From: Mobula birostris
Lineage: Eukaryota
DNA length: 64,000 nucleotides
Direction of reading: 5' to 3'
Assembly: GCF_030028105.1 (NCBI RefSeq)
Contig: NC_092384.1
Location: forward strand, 17,615,629 to 17,679,628
Positions within the stretch are counted from its first letter, which is position 1, and each line of letters opens with the position of its first letter. Positions 12,691 through 24,926 of the stretch are shown one piece after another. The position numbers and the translations under genes were made by a program. A model generated the notes under the pieces. That model had not been told where the DNA came from and did not search any database. It saw only the letters and a program-made list of their open reading frames with translations.

Positions 12691-14139
12691 CTTGAATTAA
12701 AAAAGTTATTTTGGGTGTTACAATCCACTTAGTTCAAATAAATTCCTTTATCTTCCCGCCAATTTCTATGACATCTCGGTATCAAATTAGTTACCCGCCA
12801 TAGGTTCCCAGTATTTTATAAATTATTTTAAGTTCAGGTTCAATTTCATAGTTAATAAACCACACAGATGTACATGGCTAAATGAAACATATTTCTTTAT
12901 ACTTCATACTATATACTTCCTTTTCTTCTGGGGTCAACGGCAAAATGCAGTCCATGTATTCACACACAGCACGTGCAGTCACCACCCAGTACATACAGTG
13001 CAAAAAAAAAACAAAGTAAAATCGAGTCACCGTGCAGAGACAGATGAAAGGAAGAATTTGAAGAAGGCACAGAGCAGGCGAATCTAAGGGGTGAGAAATG
13101 AGAAATACATTCTGTTTTGAATGGTCTTTCAGCTTTATCACATGATTCTCTTTGCGGCAGCGCGTTGGCTTTGGAAAATATTCCTTTCTGCATTTTTTCA
13201 TTTCCAATCAAAACTGAACGATAAAACCCAAAATATGACAGATGTCCACACTCCGAACGCAAGAAGCTCTTGAACATTGGTTTAATATTCTGGCAACTCA
13301 TTTGCTCAGGTTGTTTTTCAGAGCTTACGTTGGAGCTTTCCAATGATCAACATTCACTGATAGAGCTTTCCTCGGAATGTATATCATTGCTAGAAAATTT
13401 CTCCCGCATCTAATGTGTTGAATGTGGCAAATCCTACCCTCCATGAAACAACTAGGAACGGGAAAGCGGAGATGATATTAAACGCATCTATTCTACATTT
13501 CTATTCTTTCATAAACCTGTCGGCCTGCAGCAAAATGGTCGAAAATGACCTGGTACTGCTATACGATCGATGAAGCCCTGCAGAAAGGCAACCCAGGAGC
13601 TGAACGATCTCCGCTTCTCTCTGCAGAGATTTCACTGAAAGGTAAGCCCAAAATTCACGATCGTGTAAATGTGGACTGCTTCCGCTACAACTATGGTTCG
13701 TATTTAACTTAGGAAAGTCTACTTTCAGATTTCTTTATAAATATTTCACAACATTTAGCATTTCGCTCTGCCTACAATGGCCATCCTGAGATCACGGTTG
13801 CCGTACAGCACTGCCATGGGCCATATACAGATGACAGATGTTTATGTGCTTGTTGCCGTGAGGCAAATTAGTTTGTATAAATCCTCATGGCCCGAGATGG
13901 AGTCCCATCCGAAGTCTTGCGAGGCTCTTGCATAATTTGAAGGTGCCTTGATAGAGGTATTCAAAATATCCTGACCCACGGGTGAGGAGCCGGAACTGGA
14001 CATGACTAATTTTTGCAGATGTTCAAGAAACGCTCTAAGAATACGCTGCAATCTTTCAGGCTGGTGAGCCTGACGCTTGTAAAGGGTAACTTGTTGGAAA
14101 TATTCCAAGTGACAGGATACATAACTATTTAGATAGGTG

Positions 14140-14600
14140 CGGGAATAGCCATCAAGATCATGTGCATGGTAAGCAGTGTCTGGCTTATCTTAACGAGCTT
14201 TTTGAGGAGTTTACCACAGATCATGTTGAAGGAAATACAGTAGATGTTGTCTACATGGCAAAACCTTGTGCACAGTCCGGAATGAGAGGCTGATCAAGAT
14301 GGTTCGGTTGGCATTCAGGATGAAGTAGTAAATTGGTTTTCACATTGGCTTAGTGGGAAAGCCAGGGAGTGGTAGTGGACGGCTTCTCTCTGACTGGAGG
14401 CCTGTAACCAGAGGTGTGCCACGGGAATCGGTGCTGGTTACGTTGTCAGTTGTCATCGATATTAATGATTTGTATGATAATGGATTAAACTGGTTCAGGA
14501 AATTTGCAGATCTGGACAGTAGAGAATACATGCAATGTGATATGGGACAGCTGTTAAAATGGACTGTAAAATTACAGCTGGAATTTATTCGCTTCCGAAT
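14140..14600 (+). mobile_element. Degenerate CR1 RT fragment in the V-C1 intron
   Basis: WRPVTRGVP...VLVTLSVVIDINDL...FRKFAD. Confidence 0.75.
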
Positions 14601-15024
14601 TCCATTTGTGCGCAATTCTCTACCCTTTACATTTAAGCCTATCAAAATTCATCTCGATTTTACGATTTCTATGTCTCTCCCTATTTTGAAAGGGGAAAGA
14701 GGTATAGATTTTGAAAACTTTTGCAAAACACATTTGGATTGATAATTTGCAGCGCTTGCGACAAATAGGTAAATTATATTGCTATTAATACTTCTGGATC
14801 TGGGTGAGTTTGTAACCTTGACATATCCTGTAAGAGAGTTGATAAAATTGTTCATGACTTGCATCCTGTGTAATGGGAAATCGAGCTTTCCAACTACAGC
14901 CACTCACATTAGTAACAATATTATTTCGACATCTTGCCTGCAAAGCAAATGGACTTGAAAATTAATTCCTTGTTTTTGAAGCACCATCCCGATAATAATG
15001 CTAAAGTCGAAGGGTATCACTAAC

Positions 15025-15189
15025 CTTGGACATTAGCTTTAAATAGGAGATTGCCGATCGATAGGTCTGCACTAACAGCAGTTGTAAGGAGTACGATACA
15101 ACAAACAGAATCAACGTTATTTCTCGTCCAATTGACGCTGCCTGAAATGTGATAATTTTCTTCTGTTCTTTTCAACTCTACAATTGGAG
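15025..15189 (-). CDS. Candidate cassette exon (55 codons) after V: APIVELKRTEE...VCCIVLLTTAVSADLSIGNLLFKANVQ
   Basis: Open, phase 1-1 (CTACAAG|CT and CAAG|GTTAGT); 145-bp intron from V; function uncertain. Confidence 0.4.
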
Positions 15190-15334
15190 CTTGTAGAATG
15201 GGGTTTACTTTAACGCGTGAAACAAATCCATTCTCGCCTTTTGTTTTATCAAAGAGTAACATTACATATTAATCTCATCATTAGCTTTAATTTAACTTGC
15301 ACAAAAGAGAAAATCTCCTCGCAGCCGCACTCAC

Positions 15335-15640
15335 CGAACACAGTGAGCTTGGAGCCACTTCCATTCCAGAAAGATTGTTCCCGATACTTTGTTCCACAGT
15401 AGTACATTCCGGAATCGGCGAATTTCACATCCAGAAGAAGAAGCTTTCCTCTTGTTTTGTCGAGACTAAATCGTTTTCTGCCATCACTTTCTAAAAATGC
15501 ATTCTCGCCTTCCCTCCACCAAAGAAAGTTAACAATATCTTTTGATATTGGAGTACTGCAGTGCAAGGTAACATTCGTTCCGCCCGGAACGTCCAAGTTC
15601 TTAGGGAATTGATATACTCTGAACGCAAGCACTGGGACTG
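15335..15640 (-). CDS. IgSF receptor exon 2: V-set domain with germline-fused J-like G strand
   Basis: 306 nt, phase 1-1 (TTTTCCGGCAG| and G|GTGAGT); VTLHC, LWW, DSGMYYC, then WNGSGSKLTVF (GxG J motif). Confidence 0.93.
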
Positions 15641-15848
15641 CTGCCGGAAAATAAACAAGAGCATTAATAACAGCTACACAAAGGGAATAAATAAGAACCT
15701 AAAGACGGGCTGTATGTTACTGGATAACGAAGAGACAAAGACGACCGAATTGCTCAACCGCTGAAACTAGGTATGCAGCGGGAACCCAGGTTTAAATTTT
15801 CTAAAATGGAATACTCAGTTCAGAAACGGAACATTTAACTTAGCATAC

Positions 15849-15876
15849 ATAGACAGGTAATAGCCAGAAGCGCCAT
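15849..15876 (-). CDS. IgSF receptor exon 1: signal peptide MALLAITCL(S)
   Basis: ATG at 15876; phase-1 donor T|GTATGC; joins the V exon in frame to give the hydrophobic leader MALLAITCLSVPVLA. Confidence 0.75.
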
Positions 15877-16479
15877 GTACGAAACCGTAAATTTCTCTGA
15901 CATATTACAGAAACCTAACCGAGCAATTTTGGGATACAAGTGATATTCTGAAGAGTTTGTGGAAGGAATAAAAATTCAAGAGTAAATATATGAACCGTGT
16001 AATCATGACGTAGGATGACGCCTCACCAAGACAGAAGCAGGTGTTTCAAAGATCGTTATACTGGGCAGACAGGGCAGTGAGAGCTCTTCCCTTTTCAATT
16101 GTTAAAGGGCCATCCAGTGCTTTCAAAATTATGTTCGGATTTTGTGCACTATGCTGAATTCAGGAATTATCCATTTCTTTATTTCGAACTAAATTCAAAT
16201 CTGTGCTCTGCCAAGTGATCCCAAATATGGAAATCCGCCGTGGAGTCATAAATATCTAATAAAATCTGCGGTTTTGAACTGGATGGGTAAGATGGCACGA
16301 GCGACCAATGCGACTAACGGTGAATTCTTGCAAACGTCCACGATTTTTTTCTTCTTCTTCTCCTTCTTTTAAAAAGCATTTTATATATAATTAATGTGTG
16401 CGCGATTGGAGCCTGCAATAAACAAATTGATAATGTGCCTTTGGACCAATTGAGGGATCTGGCGCTTTTGGTCTCTCCG

Positions 16480-17130
16480 AAGGGATTATGCGTGGTTGAG
16501 AAAGAAGTTGAGAACTGAATATGCGGCTTACTGATGGAGCATGAATCCAATCAGCTCCGGTATTCGCCTATCTCGCAATAAAAGCGTCGAGCAAGATTAA
16601 AAATAAACGTGGATGATAGCGCAAAGCGAACGGGCGTTCAGAGCATCTGTCTGCGTTGAACTCCTCTCCCTCTCCTTTTCAGTTGCCCGAAGAAGATCAT
16701 AGAATCTTGGGTCGCGGGCAATCGGCACGATCTGTGGATTTGATTCATTTTTAGAGGACTGCTATTTCATTTTATGTGTGTTTCTGGCTACACCATTTTT
16801 GTTGCTAATTTGGACGCGTTTGATGGAGCGCTTCGACGCTAATTGGTTCTGCGGACTACAGCAAAATCTTACACCGAACTGAACGACGCCGAACGTTCCT
16901 AGATTGTTTAAGGACTCTGGTTTGATGTTTACTATTCTGTGTGTTATTCGTTCGTTTTTGCCGTCTGCACGATCTGTTCCTTTATTCCCATAGGATGTTT
17001 CATACATTTTTTCAAGAATGTATCCATGGTGTTTCTTTTTTTCCTGGCTGCATGCGGGAAAACAAATCTCAGGCTGTATACTGCCGACATACTTTGATAG
17101 CAAATATACGTTGACAATGAATCTGACAAA
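16480..17130 (+). repeat. Degraded SINE/LINE-tail-like repeat
   Basis: GAACTGAA motifs; 3' end AATCTCAGGCTGTATACTG...ACTTTGATA resembles a recurrent repeat tail. Confidence 0.4.
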
Positions 17131-18412
17131 ATAATAACAAGCTTCTTTCATTTCAATTTAGCTTCGCTGTGTTGCTCCGTTTCAATCATATGCCATCGGG
17201 CAATGATCAACTCCCACCACCAACCCCCCGCGTCCTATGCATTCTCTTGATTATATTTTAGCTCATCTCCCTCTTTCGTTCGAACTCTAGCTGCTCCTGC
17301 AAGGACATTCTGTAACTCCAAACTGAATTTTGATAGCCATGATTCATATCTCACCACTGCACTAACGGTTCCAGAAAACGAGGAGAGCATGTGCGCTCTT
17401 ATGAAAAGAAAGACTTTAAGCCGTGACGGGTCAGGTGGGTGTTGCATAAATTAATTTTTTTTCTCCTGATAATTTCCTTTAGGGTTTGTTTATAAAAGTC
17501 CGATTGAAGAAATACTGTTTAATATCTGGAAAAGAAAACCGAAAAGAAATCGATGAGCACGACTGGTTTGAACAGTAAGTGCATTCCCTCGGACACCGTC
17601 ATTCACATATCTCCGGTGCAATGTATGATTTTGGATTCTGAGCAGTCATGAAACTGCAGAAGGAAAATGACATATGGTCGAGCAGTAGGTGTATTACTTC
17701 AGCAATTTTATGAAATGTAAACGCTCGATCATTCGGAGGCGGTATACATTTTATGAAACAAAAGCATAATAATATGGAAACTTCATAAATATATTCTAGG
17801 GATGGATTTGTCGGGTTGTTTTTGGACAAAGTCGGCCCCATGGTTTTCAGCTTCCTCGCTCGCTGCTCTGGCCATTTCGCACGTAGAACTCGGCGAGAAG
17901 CAGTAACAAGTGTGGTCTCTGATAGAAAAAAAATAGGATACCGGATAGAGGATGCTGATCACAATGAAGAGAGAGCTTAGATTTGAAATTATACGTCATT
18001 CAGTTTAATGATGATGGTAACACAGATTCGGGAACTATTGCGACAAAATCTATAAAGGGTGCATTGAGGTCACCGCAACTGTTTAACTACAGTTCCAAGG
18101 ATTCATTTTACATTCAATCAGCATGAGTGGAACACAGGGTAATGCTGCTATTTCAAACATTTCTTAAATTTGCAAAAAGTAACAGGAAGACAGAAAGAGA
18201 ATCAATCGGAGCTAATAGTTAACCCGGTACAGACAAAATAAGCATTCGAATGATAATCATGCAACCATTTGTCTGACACGGCAACGCATACACTTTAACT
18301 CGTTTCTAAAATAAGAATGCAGAATATTCTTCAAACCACCGTGATTGGCGGTGAAACTATGCTGAACTTCTTGCGAAAGAAGTAAGGACTCTGATTACCA
18401 ATTCGATCGCCA

Positions 18413-20520
18413 ACTCATTTTCAACAGTTGTGCAATTCGAAATTTTCAACAGTTATGCGGAGCTTGTATCTTCCTGTCAGGATTAAAGGCAAAGAGGATA
18501 GGAATAAGGATCCTTGGTTCTCAACCGATATTGCAACTCTGATACAGAAGAAGAGGGAGTTGCATGACATGTATAGGAAACAGGGAGTAAATAAGGTGCT
18601 TGAGAAGTATAAAAAGTGCAAGAAAATACTTAAGAAGGAAATCAGGAGGGCTAAAAGAAGACATGAGGTGGCCTTGGCAGTCAACGTGAAGGATAATCGA
18701 AAGAGCTTTTACAGGTATATTAAGAGTAAAAATTTGTAACGGGTAAAATTGGTCCTCTTGAAGATCAGAGTGGTCGGCTATGTGCGGAACCAAAAGAAGT
18801 GGGGGAGATCTTAAATAGGTTTTTTGCGTCTGTATTGACGAAGGAAACTGGCATGAAGTCTATGGAATTGAGGGAATCAAGTAGTGAGATCCTGGAAACT
18901 GTACAGATTGAAAAGGAGGAGGTGCTTGTTGTCTTGAGGAAAATTAAAGTGGATAAATCCCCGGGACCTGACAGGGTGTTCCCTCGGACCTTGAAGGAGA
19001 CTAGTGTTGAAATTGCGGGGGCCCTGGCAGAAATATTTAAAATGTCGCTGTCTACCGGTGAGGTGCCGGAGGATTGGAGAGTGGCTCATGTTGTTCCGTT
19101 GCTTTAAAAAGGATCGAAAAGTAATCCGGGAAATTATAGGCCGGTAAATTTGACGTCAGTAATTAGTAAATTATTGAAGGGAATACTGAGAGACAGAATC
19201 TACAAGCATTTGGATAGACAAGGACTCATTACGGAGAGTCAACATGGCTTTGTGCGTGGTAGGTCATGTTTGACCAATCTATTGGAGTTTTTCGAGGAGG
19301 TTACCAGGAAAGGGGATGAAGGGAAGGCAGTGGATGTTGTCTATATGGACTTCAGTAAGCCTTCGACAAGGTCCCGCATGGGAGGTTAGTTAGGAAAATT
19401 CAGTCGCTAGGTATACATGGAGAGGTGGTAAATTGGATTAGACATTGGCTCAATGGAAAAAACCAAAGAGCGGTAGTAGAGAATTGCTTCTCTGAGTGGA
19501 GGCCTGTGACTAGTGGTGTGCTACAGGGATCAGTGCTGGGTCCATTGTTATTTGTCATCTATATCAATGATCTGGATGATAATGTGGTAAATTGTATCAG
19601 CAAATTTGCTGATGTTACAAAGATTGGAGGTGTTGTGGACAATGAGGATGGTTTTCAAAGCTTGCAGATGGATTTGGACCAGCTGGAAAAAAATGGGCTG
19701 AAAAATGGCAGATGCGTTTAATACAGACAAGTGTGAGGTATTGCACTTTGGAACGACAAACCAAGGAAGAACATACAGGGTTAATGGTAAGGCACTGAGG
19801 AGTGCAGTAGAACAGAGGAATCTGGGAATACAGATGCAAAATTCCCTGAAAGTGGCGTCACAGGTAGATAGGGTCGTAAAGAGAGGTTTTGGTACATTGG
19901 CCTTTATTAATCAGAGAGCTGTAATGTTATGATGAGGTTGTATAAGGCATTGGTGAGGCCGAATCTAGAGTATTGTGTTCATTTTTGGTCACCAAATTAC
20001 AGGAAGGATATTAATAAGTTTGAAAGGGTGCAGAGAAGGTTTACAAGGATGTTGCAGGGACTTGGGAAACTCAGTTACAGAGAAAGGTTGAATAGGTTAA
20101 CACTGTATTTCCTGGAGCGTAGAAGAATGAGGGGAGATTTGATAGAGGTATATAAAATTATGACGGATATAGATAGAGTGAATGTAAACAGACTTTTTCC
20201 ACTGAAGCAAGCGGAGAAAAAAAAACGGAGGACATGGGTTAAGGGTGGGGGGGTGGAGTTTAAGGGAAACATGGGGGGGTGCTTCTTCACACAGAGAGTG
20301 GTGGGAGTGTGGAATGAGCTGCCAGACGAGGTGGTAAATGCGAGTTCTTTTTTAACATTCAAGAATAAATTCGACAGGTACATGGATGGGAGGTACATGG
20401 AGGGACATCGTCCGTGTGCAGGTCAGGGGACTAGGCAGAATATGGTGCGGCACAGCCAAGAAGGGCCAAAAGGCCTGTTTCTGTGCTGTAGCTTTTCTAT
20501 GGTTTCTATGGTTCTATGGA
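18413..20520 (+). mobile_element. 5'-truncated CR1 (ORF2 RT region, frameshifted)
   Basis: KSPGPD, HGFVRGRSCLTNL, QGSVLGPLLF, KFAD; (TTCTATGG)n tail; possible 7-bp TSD ATCGCCA (18406-18412, 20521-20527); close relative of 47715-51958. Confidence 0.93.
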
Positions 20521-23500
20521 ATCGCCACGAATCAGCGGGGACATTGCGCTGTTTTTATTGACACGGTATCGCCGTCACTGAACTGTATCTCCTGCCCTCT
20601 CCGAAATGAAATCGTGTAGGTGCTTCGAGCATGAAGTTGTTCGCAGTTAACACATATTTTATCCTTGGATCCCAGTGGATGTAATTAAGGTCGGGTTGTT
20701 GATAAGTTCGTCCAGGACAGGATGAATCAATGCCGAGCTTCCATTTGCTTCCTACGAACAGAGTCAACATTCTCATTACCGTGCCTATCGCCACACCATT
20801 TTACCCAGTTATGCATCGGAAATTTCCATGAATCGTTTGGGATGTTATGCCACTTTCACAGACACATGGTCGCCATCATTTAATTCAATCTCATGTCCTC
20901 TCAGAAATGAAATCGATCACAAAAACACACATCCAGCTGGATGTAATTGAGGTAGGGAAGTTGAGGAGGCTGGCTGGAAGAGGACACGACATTGTTAATA
21001 TTGTTAATCTTATCCTGCTGCAGATCTGGATGAATTGTAAGAGAAAAAAAAACTAATGACAGACAGTTTAATTTTACCTTTCAAGTGATTTGAGATGTCT
21101 AATACAGATATGAGACTGCGGCAGAAAACTCCGCTTCCAGCGGATAAGTTTTCTGCCGAGACCGGGAGTGGTAGGGGAGGAGGGGTGGGTTGCGGGCCTG
21201 GTCTTGATCATCAGAGATCAAAGGTGACAGTACCGTGATTAATTCCTCATGAACCACTGCCTGTTCTCTATTAGTCGATTCTACATGGCCTGTAGGAATG
21301 CAACAGTAACTTGGATCGAGCACTAAGCACTTAACAATAAGCTGGCTGAAAAAATTATCTCGTTTGAGCACATGTGAGATGGTTGTGGTTGCTCTTAGGC
21401 GACAATTAAGTAAGACTGCACATGCATCATTAATTTCAATTGGTTTGGATGCAGTCCCTGTATCTCTATGGTTTCATCAGCATAGATCTGCTCAGTGTTA
21501 ACTGGCGTTAAAAAGCACAGGATAGTATAAGAAAATGGGTGCTTTTTAAGTACTTAGTTTATCGGTTTATGAATTCCCATCCTTGAATATGTCTGATAAT
21601 ATCAAAAAAATCAAGATGTTTACCTGTGAAGCCCCGCTCTGGTTTGGTCTGCGAATCTCGATTTGTGATTCGTGAGACGCTTTAGTCCGCTGCCCGAGAT
21701 AATCCATTGAAAGGTCGCGCCTTTAAATGCCTCTACCTTTATTGGAAACATATTCCCAAGCGTTTTCAAAAATGTCATTCTTTAAGAGAACAGCACAGCT
21801 GCGCCAAACCTGTTATAAGCAAATCAAACCACGCAAACACTAATCACACCGACCTAACCCATGTTAATCCTTGCATCCATATGCTTCTCCAAATGTCTAT
21901 TAAAAGCCTCTTTTGTACTTGCCGCTACCACCATACCAGTCAGGTCATGCCAGGCATCCTCAACTCTCAAAGTAAAAGACCTGCCACTCACAGTCCCCCG
22001 AACCTATCCCCTACCACCGTCAATATATGCCCTCTGGTGTAAGACATTTCAACTCTGGGTAACAGATACTCTCTGTACACTCTATCTATACCTCTCATAA
22101 TCTTGTGAATCTCTATCTGATCTCCCCTCAGCCCCCGACGCGCCGAAGAAAACAACCCAAGTTTGTCAGCCTCTCATGATAGCACAAATATTTCAACTGA
22201 ATTTACATTATTATTTTGGTAAAATATTAGGGAGATGTGTTGCAGTTACTCCGACTGCAAATATAAGCTATTGTTTGATACCATTGGGCAAATGTGATGG
22301 GAATATCCCAGCACTCTTGGCTCCATCGGCTCAGTGAGAAATCGCGTGAACACTTGAAGTTCATAGTTTTTCACTCGGCCATAAACAGCAATGTTTTGTG
22401 TTTTCCCCTCTCCAGAGAAGGTTCCTGACTTGTCTAGAATTCCCAAACTTTTCTGTTTAATTCGGTTTGCAAACATCGGTAGCGCTCATTTCCGTTAATT
22501 ACACTTCTTTCCGTTAAAGACCTAACTAGATATAAGCTGAACATGTGAAGGCATGACCTTCTTTCCCCTTTCGTTTGTCTTTAAATGTATCGTGGAAATA
22601 TTTTAGTTAAAAGACAACTCTCGACATTGTCTCATCATGTCATTTTTCTACCTGCTCTTTACCCCATTAGCACTGCGTTTAATATCAGATGAACGAGTAC
22701 AGCACAGGATTTGGACCTTCGGCAAAGCTGTCTGTCGCGACACAATGTCAAATCAAAATAAATGTTTACTAGCTGCGTATGATCTTTATCTCACATGTCA
22801 CTGCACATTCGTGTGCCCATTCAAAAGCCTCTTTCGTACAGTATCTTCTTCTGATTTCACCTTCTCTAAGGATCAATTCCCTCGAGTAAGGTATGTCTAA
22901 TTCCCAGTGCTCCTGCAGTTTATGCGAATTGAAGTCTTCGTAACAATTTGTCACGTGTTTTTGCGAGTCCGTATGAAAGAAAAACCATTCCGGTTAAGTG
23001 AATGCGCAGGACATTCAACTAATTCTCAAATGCATTTTCCAACTCGTCTTAGTCTGGAACACGTTAAAGTCATCAAATAAGAAACAGATATTATTTCATG
23101 TAATCTACGAATTCTGATGTGATTTACACCACCACCACTTTGGAAGATTGAGTCTAATACACTTAAGAGTTATACCAAAATCCCCAGGGCTACATTATCC
23201 GGGTGAGCGGAAATCATCGTCCATTTTTTACCCGTATTTCCTCAATTAAGTAATCAGAATATGTGTTCCCACACCCACCCCCACCCCCGAGATCATATTT
23301 ACATTGCCTTTTAATTTGTAAAGTAAGTTGATCACTATTCAATATTCTCGGAGAATGACTCACACATAAATATCAGCTATTCAGTTGTTCTTAAAACATT
23401 ATTTAGTGTAGTTATCTCCAGAATGAACATGTCGGAGAATCAGGAAGTATAGACGCCGCAGCACAGCTTCAGAAACATTTAACTGACAGAAGCAGGCTTC

Positions 23501-24926
23501 CAAAAATTGGTATTTTAAACTCATTGTCGTTCTCTTAAACGCAAACGAGCAGTCTGCAACATACGTGTTTCAGAGAGGCGCAATCTTTGACCACAGATAT
23601 TCCATGATGTCACCAACAGACTCGCGAGTGCAATTCTATTCTCAGAGACTGTCTTACTTTCCATAAACGCAAAGTATAATTACAGTCTTTATAAACTGAC
23701 GGGTTAATTAAAACCTCGAATCTTTTTATAGAAAACTTGCACAAGCTCGCATGCAAACATTCGCATTTGCGAATTACAAACAGAAAGTTAACATTTATCT
23801 CCTTTGAGAGGATCCGAAACTGCATCGTCATGGCACATAATAATATAATCTGATGGCATTTCACATGGGCAGTGGAAATAGAAATTGAAAACACCCAGGC
23901 ACTCACGAATACACGCATGTAAATATGTTAATTTATGTACTTGGATTCATGATTCACGGATGTGGGGATTGAACTTGGTTCTCCAGAAACACGATTCCTT
24001 GCACATATTCCTAGCATTCCATATTCAATAGTCAGCAAGCTGAACGATTACTCTATTTACTTATCTATTTTGTTAGGTCACTTAATATTCGCTGAAATGG
24101 AATTTTAATCTCTGTTGCTTACTCTATCGTAGTCCATAAATCTCCTGATCTCCGCAGGTTTAAATAATCCGTGAGTTGAGTACGCCATTTCGAAGAACAT
24201 TCATCTGCTGAGGCACATAGCATGAAACGATGGTTGGCTGGTGATGCTGGATATAGATTCTCGTGGTCGATAATGACAAACACTACAGCTATCAGTGCTG
24301 GAATCCAACAAGTAAAGGAGAGGGATAATGGGAGCAATTAGAGGAGAAGTGCAAGGCACATAAGCCCAGGGTCAGATTGGGGACAGGAAATGCTTCGTGT
24401 GAATTCAGTGTGGGGTGAATGGATGGAACTAGGAGGGGGCGGTAAGGAACACGTGCGTAGGAGCTGAGGTAAGTGTGAATAGCGTCAACCTACAACAACA
24501 AACTCGGTCGGTAATTTTGTGGTTTGCAGAATGTATAGGTGGAATATGAGTCCAGATATAAGCTACAAAATGCTAACCTTGATTGAAAAGGACTTGGTGC
24601 AAGACTAGAAAGACATGCAGCAAGGTACAATGAATTGGTTTAGCCACAATTGCGAACTATTATGAACATTTTTGGGGGAAGGAGTACAGCGAAGCATCTC
24701 TAAATTGGGTCAAGCAGCACCTATGAAGCGAAGTGGAAGGTCGAGTTTTCTGGACTAGACTTGATCAGGACTGGAAATAACGAAGAGAGTTAGCCAGTAT
24801 TAAAAGCTCGTGAAGCAATTGGAGCAAGAGATGGAGAGTAATAGGTGGAGCCTGGTGAGGAAGTGATAGGCAGCTAAAGGGGCGAGATTTAGTATGATCC
24901 AAGAGGCTGGTCGTGATAGGTGGAAG

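Noticed and set aside
13329-13389. 61-nt segment with good acceptor and donor in the V-C1 intron (minus strand)
   Set aside because: Phase 1-2, which breaks the frame with C1; other phases contain stops
15339-15345. Perfect RSS heptamer CACAGTG inside the J-like end of the V exon
   Set aside because: It is the reverse of the codons for LTV; no nonamer at 12 or 23 nt spacing
22671-22740. J-segment look-alike (WTFGK / GFGPSAKLSV) with upstream CACTGCG, on the plus strand
   Set aside because: Needs an 8-nt deletion to give FGxGTKL; the heptamer is imperfect and over 30 nt away; no good nonamer and no donor after it
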